In this document: piece after piece, positions 39,479 to 51,652 of the stretch
Position numbering within the stretch: position 1 is the first letter of the stretch
How the letters are laid out: each line of letters opens with the position of its first letter
Assembly: GCF_006345805.1 (NCBI RefSeq)
Contig: NC_043003.1
Coordinates: 103,416,001-103,480,000, forward strand
Source of the DNA: Octopus sinensis
Taxonomy: Eukaryota
Length of the DNA: 64,000 nt
Direction of reading: 5' to 3'
Made by a program: the position numbers and the translations under genes
Notes under the pieces: model-generated
Databases searched by the model: none
What the model saw: the letters and a program-made list of their open reading frames with translations, nothing else
Told to the model about the DNA's origin: nothing

Positions 39479-39491
39479 AATATATATATAC

Positions 39492-39556
<65 letters not shown>

Positions 39557-39720
39557 AAGAAAGAGAGAAAGCAAATGAAGGACGGAAGATGGAATATACG
39601 AGAATTTGTTATTAATCGCGACAATTGTTTCGACACATCCACCATCATTTTATTCCCCATATAATATATATATATATATATATATATTATATTAATAATA
39701 ATAATAAAATAATAATAATA

Positions 39721-39758
<38 letters not shown>

Positions 39759-39825
39759 TGACAACAAAAGAATGAATGAGGCCCCGATATTATGTAAAAT
39801 AGAGGAATTTATCAATAAATATAAT

Positions 39826-39987
39826 ATGTGACAATTAGTTGTTTGTCATAATAAAACTCAGAGTTTCGGATAGCGGGGCTGAAGTCTGTTCCGGCATCCC
39901 ATCAGTTATTAAGACTGTCTTAATAACTGATGAGATGCAGGAGCCGAAACTCTGAGTTTTATTATGACAACCAACTAATTGTCACAT
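39826..39987. repeat. 162-bp foldback made of two head-to-head hammerhead units
   Basis: 44-bp outer arms (39826-39869 / 39944-39987, one mismatch) and a perfect 16-bp inner palindrome centred on T39916. Confidence 0.9.
39916..39969 (+). ncRNA. Type I minimal hammerhead ribozyme motif, sense to the host gene
   Basis: CUGAUGA at 39927-39933, GAAAC at 39946-39950, GUU triplet at 39956-39958. Stem I tgtcttaataa/ttattatgaca pairs 10 of 11. Stem III is palindromic (AAACTC-T-GAGTTT). Stem II is weak. Confidence 0.65.
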
Positions 39988-41303
39988 GATTTACACATAT
40001 ATATATATATGAAATTCTATATTGCACTCTTTTGTCTTCAAACTTTCGGGGCTGACTGAAATGTAATAAATATTCGAAAATGTGTCCTTGCTTACGACGA
40101 TGCGTCTGTGTGTCTGTGTGTGTGTTTGTGTGTCTGTGTGCCTGTGTGTGTGTTTGTGTGTCTGTGTGCCTGTGTGTGTGAGTGTGTGCCTGTGTGTGTG
40201 CATGCGTGTGAATCTGTGTGTAGGTGTATGTATGTATGAATGTATACCGTGTTATGTGGTGGCGATTTCAAAAGACGTTATGCAAACCACCTATCTTCTT
40301 TCCGGCACATTGACAAAAGTAAAACCACTAAGTTGGCTAGCCAAGTTCGGGGTTTCAAGACCAACTCCACGCCACATACAACCAAGTAGAAAATCGTAGA
40401 TTTATTTTTCAAAGTAAAGGATAACACATTTACACATACACACATATGTATATGTTTGCACATTCTTCGAGATATGCATGTGTGTGCGTGTGTGTGTGTG
40501 TATGTGTGTATGTGTGTGTGTATGTGTGTGTGTGTGTCACTGTGTGGTTAGAAGTTTGCTACACTATAGCCCCGTGCCGACCGAGCTTTGCGAATGGAAT
40601 TTTGTAGATGGAAACTGAAAGAAGCTCGTCGCGTATGTACTTGAGGCTTTGTGTTTTGATATGTATGTATGAATGCTTGTATATACTTGAATTTGATAAA
40701 CATACATTTAGCACCACGGTGTCTATAGAACTTTTTGGAGAGTTGTCTGCAGAACGGAATGAGCCACAACTCGGCTGACTTCACGATACTTATGAAAAGA
40801 TAGATAAATCGAGAGAGAGAGACGGCGGGGGGGAGAAAGTGGGGAGAGAGCCGCAGATAAAACTGCAGGTGTGCAGCTATGTGCATACAACTATAATTAC
40901 ATACGCACACCCTTACCTGCATACATGCATAGACACATACGTACATACGTACGCACATACATATATCCAGACGTACATACATGCATACACACACATATAT
41001 ACATACAAACATGCATACATACACACGCACATATATATATATGTATGTACTTGTATGTATATGTGTGTATATGTGTGTGTGTGCATACATGCATACACAC
41101 ACATATATACATACAAACATGCATACATACACACACACATATATATATATGTATGTATGTACATGTATGTATATGTGTGTGTATATGTGTGTGTGCATAT
41201 GTGTGTGCATACATATATAATCACATACACATGCATACATACATACATACATACATACATACATACATACATACATACATACATACATACATACATACAA
41301 ACG

Positions 41304-41335
<32 letters not shown>

Positions 41336-41699
41336 TACGTACATATGTACCGAATTACGATTATTTTCTTTCCCTTCATCCAAAGAAGAATGACAAAGAA
41401 ACGCCGATTTTTTCCGGCAAAATGGCGCTGCTTACAACAATAGAAAAATTCCTGACATCTCAGCCAATATCAAAGATATTAATACAGTGGATACGCCAAA
41501 CTCTGGAAGTGACCTGAATGTCAATCACACTAAAGAATACAATTCCGAAAGAGGGACTCAAACGGACAGTTTTCGAAAGGATCAGGTGGGCCTGTTTCAC
41601 TGGATTCGATATAATACAAATGGCGACAAGTAAATAATTGAGCACGCATCGTGCCACCTACTGAAAAATAATAAGATAGACATATTTATCGGTTCCTGT

Positions 41700-41731
<32 letters not shown>

Positions 41732-41757
41732 ATAAATTTTTATTATCATTATTATTA

Positions 41758-41802
<45 letters not shown>

Positions 41803-42189
41803 TATTATTATTATTATTGGAGTGAGGATAAAAAAGGCAATTTGTTATTTATCAGCGGCATCCAAAGGAAATGGTTGAATCCGTTACGCATTATCAATGT
41901 TGGAGCTGTGGTTGGAAGTGGGGTGCTTAGAGTAAAGGTGGAGATACAATAGAAAAGGAAAACCGCGGCGAAAGCTAAGGAAATACTGATCAAATCAGTA
42001 AAATAGACTTCCGGCTAACAATTCTTATCGTTGATGTTCTCGTTGTTGTTGTAGTTGTAGTTGTTGCTGTTGCTGTTGTTGTTCTTGGTAGTGGTGGTGG
42101 TGGTGGTGGTGGTGGTGGTGGTGGTGGTGATGGCGATTCTGATGCAGTTAATTTGGCCTCTTTTTCATTCTTTCTCTCACTCTCTCTCT

Positions 42190-42243
<54 letters not shown>

Positions 42244-42376
42244 TGTGTATATATGTATGTATGCATCACTGTGTGTATGTATATGCATGTATATGTTATG
42301 TATAATCATGTATATATGTCTGTGTGCGTGTGTGTATATATACATATTTTTCTTTTCTTAATTACATACAGATACT

Positions 42377-42377
<1 letters not shown>

Positions 42378-42437
<60 letters not shown>

Positions 42438-42440
42438 TGA

Positions 42441-42500
<60 letters not shown>

Positions 42501-42520
42501 GAGAGGGGAGAGGGGATAGA

Positions 42521-42562
<42 letters not shown>

Positions 42563-42578
42563 AGGAGAGGGGAGAGGG

Positions 42579-42656
<78 letters not shown>

Positions 42657-42670
42657 GAGAGGGGGGAGGG

Positions 42671-42764
<94 letters not shown>

Positions 42765-42776
42765 GAGAGGGGGAGG

Positions 42777-42815
<39 letters not shown>

Positions 42816-42816
42816 C
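42378..42816. repeat. Higher-order minisatellite: (GATA)n-(GACA)n-AGGAGAGGGGAGAGGG, four units
   Basis: The purine linker recurs at about 42498, 42563, 42655 and 42762. Confidence 0.9.
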
Positions 42817-43294
42817 AGTCTCCGCTCTCACTTCGTAATTATACATTTATTATACGCTTGGTCACTCACTCATTCTCTGTTCTCGACCAAATCCTCTCTT
42901 TCTCCGGCCACGCATCTCCCTTCCATGTTGCGTCTCTGTCTCTTTTCACAAAGGTTTTTGTTGACGTCATCAATGACGTATTACCCTGGAAATGATACAA
43001 CGATAATAGAGCATTACCACGTGATACTATTCAGAAACGTCACAGTAATATGACTGGTGTTGTCGCTGTTCTTTTTCCTTATTCGTATTCTTATTCTTAT
43101 TCTTATTCTCCCCCCTCCTCCTCCTTCTTCCTCTTCGACTTCTTGAGAAACTTGGAAAAGTAAAAGTTTGTTCACGTAAAAAAAATCTGTTCATCCTTTC
43201 AAGGTCGATAAAATAAGTACCAGTCAAGTACCGAGATCGACCTAATAGACTTGCCCGCTCCTGTGAAACTTGCTGGCCCTGTGCCAAAATTTGA

Positions 43295-43356
<62 letters not shown>

Positions 43357-43879
43357 TGTTGTGTCTGGGGAGAGTCATTTTCTTTTTGTACCTTATTATT
43401 TAACACACTCACCGGTAAAATTTCCACTTTTTTCTTATTTTTATTTTCCTAAAATTTTCGTTGCGTCTTGCAACCTTTTCAATAGTTTTGACCAAATCCA
43501 AAAACGAAATTATTATTATTATTATAACTACTACTATTATTATTAATGAGTGAGAAAATGGCACACGCCATCAAAGTGACGCTGGGCTTCAAAAATACGA
43601 AACCCCATATAAGGATACACAAGCGACATGAACCATATGCGCATGACAGTGATCTCATATCATGATAAACAGCGCATGACCTTGCAGGTGTGGCCCAGTT
43701 GGAATATTCTTCAGGTCGAGTAGCCAACCCTGTTCAAAAGGTCCCTGGATAAAGGTTGTTTAGATATAATGAGAGAAACAGCCATGTTTCCAGAGGTGAA
43801 TTATTCAAACTCCAAAGAATCCCTCTCAACACACTGTTGTGATGCTACCCGCCCCCTACTCCTGCTATTGATCGGGGTT

Positions 43880-44115
43880 GCACATACCTATTTCTTTATT
43901 GCCCACAAGGGGCTAAACACAGAGGGGACAAACAAGGACAGAAAAAGGGATTAAGTCGATTACATCGACCCCAGTACGTAACTGGTACTTAATTTATCGA
44001 CCCCGAAAGGATGAAAGGCAAAGTCGACCTCGGCGGAATTTGAACTCACAACGTAACGACAGACGAAATACGGCTACGCATTTCGCCCGGCGTGCTAACG
44101 TTTCTGCCAGCTCGC
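43880..44115 (-). mobile_element. SINE family C (central CTTTCATCCTTTCGGGGTCGATAAATTAAGTACCAG, resembling the MetaSINE core), nested in another repeat
   Basis: Related + strand copies at 43185-43305, 44255-44410, 44686-44895 and 59330-59550. The Meta-domain assignment is from recall and has not been checked by search. Confidence 0.75.
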
Positions 44116-44409
44116 ACATACCGTCACCTACAAGGGATGTGCTCAACGAGTGATGGTCAAGCAACTGACTAGCAAATTTATGGTATTGAGCAGAATATTC
44201 GCTGTAGCCCAGTTAGGATCAGAAGCAATGAGAGCTACTGCCTGGTATTATTATTGGTCCATCTTTACATTCTGTGTTCAAATTTCGCCGAGGTCGATTT
44301 TACCTTTCATCCTCTCGGGGGTCGATAAAATAAGTAATAATAGAGTACTGGGTGGGGTTGATGTAATTGACTATCCGCCGCTTCAAAAAAATTCCAGGCA
44401 TTGTGCCAA

Positions 44410-44445
<36 letters not shown>

Positions 44446-44476
44446 CAGTAGTAGTAGCAGCAGCAGCAGCAACAGC

Positions 44477-44524
<48 letters not shown>

Positions 44525-44554
44525 GGTGGTGGGGTGGTGGTGGTGGTGGTGGTG

Positions 44555-44595
<41 letters not shown>

Positions 44596-45177
44596 TGTAG
44601 TAGTAGTACCCCAATATTCTCTTTGTAAGATCATTTAAATTTTTTTAAAGATTTTCATTTTGTTAACAATAATTTTTCATATAAAGGCTGCCAGCTGGCA
44701 GAAACGTTGGCACGCCGGGCTCGATATGATCGACTTAATCCGTTTGTCTGTCCTTGTTTGTCCTCTCTGTGTTTACCCCTTGTGTTTAGCTCCTTTCGGG
44801 GTTGATAAATTAAGTACCAGTTGCGTACTGGGGTCGATCTAATTGACTGGCCCCTCCCCAAAAATTTCGGGCCTTGTGCCTAGAGTAGAAAAGATTTACA
44901 CACGGACGGAAACACACACACACTCACTCTCTCACTCTCTCTCTCTCACTCTCTCTCTCTCTCCCTCACACACACACACACACACTTAAACAGACACACA
45001 AACATATACGACGGACTTCTTTCAATTTCCGTCTACCAAATCCACTCACAAGGCTTTAGTCGGCCCGAGGCTATAGCAGAGGACACTTGCCCCAGGTGCC
45101 ACACAATGGGACTGAACCCGAAACCATGTCGTTGGGAAACAAGCTTCTTACCACACAGCCACATATATATGTAGTGA

Positions 45178-45496
45178 AAGCGCATGGCTCAGTGGTTAGA
45201 GCGTCGGGCTCAGTCACAATCATGAGGTTGTGAGTTCGATTCCCGGATCGGGCTGTGTGTTGTGTTCTTGAGCAAGACACTTTATTTCACGTTGCTCCAG
45301 TTCACTCAGCTGTAGAGATTAGTTGTGACGTCACTGGTGCCAAGCTGTATCGGCCTTTTCCTTGGTGGTGTGGAGAAGAGAGGCTGGTATGCATGGGTGG
45401 TTGCTGGTCTTCCATAAACAACCTTGTTCGGACTTGTGTCTTGGAGGGTAACTTTCTAGGTGCAATCCCATGGTCATTCATGACCGAAGGCGGTCT
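45178..45496 (+). mobile_element. SINE with family-A-like head and a different 3' body
   Basis: GGCTCAGTGGTTAGAGC...GAGTTCGATTCCC...TTGAGCAAGACACTTTATTTC head. Confidence 0.75.
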
Positions 45497-45513
45497 GTAC
45501 CCAAATAGATAGA

Positions 45514-45557
<44 letters not shown>

Positions 45558-45569
45558 TAGGTATGTAGG

Positions 45570-45643
<74 letters not shown>

Positions 45644-45673
45644 CGTATATATATATATATATATATATACATG

Positions 45674-45925
45674 AAGGCGCGTGAGTCAGAAGTTAGGGTG
45701 CTGCACTCACGATTACGAGATCGTGGGTCGATTCCCAGACCGGGCGTTGCGTTGTGTTCTTGAGCAAAACACTTCATTTCACTTTGCTCTGCAATCATTT
45801 CGTTATCTGACATGTGGCACCCATTGTACCTGTACAGGTAATGTCGATTTGATGGAAGGAGTGAGCTTATATGTACACAAACATTTGACCACTATAAACA
45901 ATTCATCTTCTGTGGTTGTTCGGTA
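45674..45925 (+). mobile_element. Diverged SINE with family-A-like head
   Basis: gaaggcgcg...gtcgattcccagaccgggcgttg...ttcttgagcaaaacac. Confidence 0.65.
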
Positions 45926-46222
45926 AGAAATTTCCGAACCCTCACTCATTGTCTAACAACGGGAGAGTCCATCATATCATAAGTGTGTATGCGCACGCGT
46001 GTGTGTGTGTGTGTGTCTACTATATCAAATATATTTTTGGAATACTTCCAAAGCGTATGTACGCTACAACACGTGCATTCTGAATGACATACATGATATG
46101 ATATGAAATATGAGCTGTGTACGTGACGTATGACTGTCATAAACTGCATACGCCATAACTAAAGTATCTTTGGTATTGCTTGCAACATTCACACACATAT
46201 ATAAACACACATATGCGCATGC

Positions 46223-46381
<159 letters not shown>

Positions 46382-46758
46382 GGCGCAGGAGTGGCTGTGT
46401 GGTAAGTAGCTTGCTAACCAACTACATGGTTCCGAGTTCAGTCCCACTGCGTCGCATCTTGGGCAAGTGTCTTCTGCTATAGCCCCGGGCCGACCAATGC
46501 CTTGTGAGTGGATTTGGTAGATGGAAACTGAAAGAATCCTGTCGTATATATGTATGTGTTTGTGTGTCTGTGTTTGTACCCCTAGCATTGCTTGACAACC
46601 GATGCTGGTGTGTTTACGTCCCCGTCAGCTAGCGGTTCGGCAAAATAGACCGATAGAATAAGTACTGGGCTTACAAAGAATAAGTCTCGGGGTCGATTTG
46701 CTCGACTAAAGGCGGTGCTCCAGCATGGCCGCAGTCAAATGACTGAAACAGTAAAAGA

Positions 46759-46760
<2 letters not shown>
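46382..46760 (+). mobile_element. SINE family B (GGCGCAGGAGTGGCTGTGTGGTAAG...) with internal microsatellite, full length
   Basis: Same head and tail as 59970-60412. Partial copies at 34861-34950 (-), 40540-40635 (+), 45003-45162 (-), and 48388-48545 (+) with 49891-50098 (+). Confidence 0.85.
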
Positions 46761-46801
<41 letters not shown>

Positions 46802-48340
46802 TGCTTGTGCTAGCATATACACACATGTGTATGCATATGTGTATATGTATGTGTGCGAGTATGTGATGTGTTTGTGTGAATATATGTGCGCACACGCAGA
46901 AGACAAAGAATACTTTTAAATCACAGGAAGTAAAACATTTCTGTTTGGTTACCAATATACAAAGCATTCAAAAATATTTATAAAAAAACAAAGATGAACA
47001 GACAGACAGACAATCAGTCAGACAGACGGGTATTGAGTGAATATTGTTGAGACTGTATTGTGTAATTACTGCTTTTATGAATCAATATCAAAAACTGATT
47101 GCGGTGTTAGTAGAAAACACGTAACTAACGTAGATTTCGTCCAGGGAAACATTCGACAGTAACTCCCGTGATTGCATTAAAAAGATGAGAAGGAGGAGCA
47201 GGAGGAGCAAGAGCAGAAGGAGCAAGAGCAGGAGGAGCAAGAGCAGGAGCAAGAGCAGGAGGGGAAGAAAGGAAAAGGGGGGGGGACAATGGTGATGGTG
47301 GACGTGGTGGTGGTGGTGGTGGTGCTTTGCTGGTTTGGATGAGTGTATGGTAGAGGTGAGAGAGTTTGCAGCGGTAGTAGTTGTGATGGTGGTGGCAGTG
47401 GTTGCTGTGTATTATGATGGTAGTAGTGATGGCTGTAGTGGTGATGGTAGTCGTGGTGGTGGTGGTTGTAGTAGTGATGGTTGCAGTGGTGATGGTAGTG
47501 GTGGTGGTGGTTGTAGGGTGATGATGGTCGAGGTTTACTGATAGTACTTGTGGTACTAGTGGTCGTGTTCATGGTGGTGGTGGTGGTGGCTGATGGTAGT
47601 AGTAGTAGTAGTAGTGGTAGTAATGTTGATAGAATTATTGTTGTTTAGGTGGTGATGAGAGTGGTGGCTGTCATGCTGATTGTGGTTGTCATAGTAGTGA
47701 TTGTCATGGTAATTGGTGTAGTATTGAATGTAGCCGTAATGGTATCGGTGGTGGTATCGGTGGTGGTATCAGTGGTGGTATCGGTGGTGGTATCAGTGGT
47801 GGTATCGGTGGTGGTGGGAAGGAGGATGTGTGGTTAATGACGGAACAGAACGGTGGACATAATAGCTCGGAGGTAGAAAAAGATGGCGGCAACAGATATT
47901 TTCACAACGTAACACACACACAAGACACACACATGCACGCACTTACACGTATGCTCGCACACACACAAAAGCTCATGTCCAAATACACAAACAAAAACAC
48001 ACGCACATACACACACAAAAACCATATACATGCGCACACACACACACATACACACAAACACACACACAGCGACAATACTGCTTCATTTGATGGAATCGCA
48101 GATTCATGGATTTGATGTGCAGATAGCGTGGAACCTACGCTACTTCAACGTTTTTCTTTAGAAGCAGACATTTTCGCACACATACACTTACATATGCACT
48201 TTCGAATACACACACACAAACACACACATATATATATATAAATGTATGGGGGAATGTGTATACATTATGTGTGTATGGGTATTTAAGTGGCGGTGACTCA
48301 TGTATGTATAACTATATAAATACAAAAATATATATGTGTG

Positions 48341-48390
<50 letters not shown>

Positions 48391-48543
48391 CAGGCATGGC
48401 TGTGTGGTAAGAAGTTTGCTTCCCAACCACATGGTCCCAGGTTCAGACCCACTACATGGCATTTTGGGTATCTTCTATTATAGCCTCGGGCCGATCAAAG
48501 TTGTGAGTGGATTTAGTTGACGGAAACTGAAAGAAGCCCGTCG

Positions 48544-49410
<867 letters not shown>

Positions 49411-49487
49411 TTCTTCGTATGGCAATTACACTACTGAATGTAATAAATGGGTGAGGGTAAAACGTTTTACTCTTAATTTATATGACG

Positions 49488-49625
49488 ATAAGAAAATGGA
49501 GGGGATCCAGAGGTGGTATTCATCAACTTTTAGACATTATATTATGCCTTTTTTTTTATAAATAGACATAATATAATGTCTAAAAGTTGATGAATACCAC
49601 CTCTGGATCCCTTCCATTTTCTTAT
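49488..49625. repeat. Near-perfect 59-bp-arm hairpin with 20-nt loop
   Basis: ataagaaaatggaggggatcc...tagacattatattatg and its reverse complement, with one mismatch. Confidence 0.92.
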
Positions 49626-49646
49626 TGCCATAGATATATATATGTG

Positions 49647-49679
<33 letters not shown>

Positions 49680-50137
49680 CTGTGTGTCTGTGTGTCTGTG
49701 TGTCTGTGTGTCTGTGTGTCTGTCAGTGTGTGTGTGTATGTATGTATGTGGTATGTGTGTGCGTATGTATGTATGCATGTATGTATATGTATATACCTCA
49801 GTGGTGTGTGTGCACGCGCGTGTGCGCGTGTGTGTGTGCACGCGCGTGTGCGTGTGTGTGTGTGCACGCACGTGTGCGTGTGTGTGTATGTGTTTGTCCA
49901 CCACCATCACCGCTTAACAACCGTTGTTGATGTGTTTATGTCCCCGTAAGTTAGCGGTTCAGCAAAAGAAACCGATAGAATAAGTACTAGACTTTAAAAA
50001 TAAGTCCCGGGGTCGATTTGCTCGACTAAAATCCTTCAAGGCGGTGCTCTAGCATGACCACAGTCAAATGACTGAAACAAGTAAGAGAATAAAAGAATAT
50101 ACATATATTATATTATATTATATTATATTATATTATA

Positions 50138-50501
50138 TTAGCACTATGACCCGGCAACGCCGGGTTATAGTGCTAGTGCATGCATATACAGCTGCGTGCG
50201 TGCGCACATACACGCGAATACTGTCCAAATCTCCGACCAATCACATACAGCTAGCTGGCATTCAATTGGCGTATCAAGTTTCAGGCATTTTGATTGGGTT
50301 TTGGATAGAAAATTCACAAAAAAGTCACTTCTATTGATTTTTTAATGGCTTTGTGGAGTGACTGGAGAAATGTAAAGATGTGCACGATCACCATTGGACG
50401 GTTTTGAATGACCATAGAAAGTACGAGCCCTCTAACTGAAAAGTTGTGGATTTGTATAAAGGACACACACACAGACATTTTGCCGTTTATATATTGAGAG
50501 A
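50138..50501 (-). mobile_element. Non-autonomous Helitron-like element
   Basis: On the minus strand it begins A|TCTCTCAATATATAAACGGC and ends with hairpin CCCGGCGTTGCCGGG followed by CTAA|T. This fits the TC...hairpin-CTRR, AT-target rule. Confidence 0.62.
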
Positions 50502-51063
50502 TTTTATTATATTATATTATATTATAGTATAGTATTGTATATTATGTTATATTGGGGCGTCCTATGGGATGACCTAGATACGATATTGTGTGTATTTAAG
50601 TGTAGTCTAGTTAATTTGGCCGTCCTCCCGAAAGCTTCGATGATTTCACGCGAGTACACCAGCCATCACAGTACTTTCCTGTGATCACGTCTACAGTGAT
50701 AATTCAACAGTGGAAATTCGTAGGAGTATTGAAGGTGACCTCCAGGATACGCTTCTTAAATATGTCCATTTGATCCTCTCTAAACTTAAATAGTCATTAT
50801 TATTGAGTGTCAGAAAAACTAACATCTAGTATTACACTATATTGTTTTACATAAATTTATATTATACTATGTTATATATACTATATTATATATGCTATAT
50901 CATGTTATATTATATTATATCATATATTCTATCTGTTTAAATGTTGATTTTGCTTCTTCATACACGCAATATAATATTCCCTGTTTCGTATTTCTGTAAT
51001 ATCGCCAATTTGTCCACTTTTCAGGCATAAAAGTCATCATTTTTTATTCATTTTATTATTATA

Positions 51064-51094
<31 letters not shown>

Positions 51095-51652
51095 CTGCTG
51101 CTGCTGCTGCTGCTGTTGTTATTGTTGTTGTTGCAGTTGTTGTTGTCATTATCCTCGTCGTCGTCATCACCATCACTTCTACTGTTATTATTATTGACTT
51201 TGTTGTTGTTACTATTCTACTCCCTGATGCACTGGTTTCGAAAGTACTTATAATAGTTCTGGTATATATTTGCAGCCTTTTTTTTGTTTTGTTTTGTTTA
51301 TTTGTTACTTTGTTATTCATCATCGTCGTCATCATCATCGTCGTCGTTCTCGTTGTTGTTTTGTCTTCTCGGTCATAGTCGTTGCAGCATTTATTCTTTT
51401 TTCCTGTTGTTACCGTTGTCACTAGTATATTTGATGAAGTTGTATCGCCACTACCGCCATCATCACCACCATTTCTACTATGACCACCATATCCACCACC
51501 CACCATGGCTACACGCAGCCATTTCACTTTATCACACTCCATCATTCAACCTTGCTCCATTTTCTGTTCCATTATTGAATTTACAGTGTTGTGTAAAAAT
51601 AACAAAAAATAATTCTTCGTCTCTTATGTAAATCTGTAATTTTTTTCCCCAG

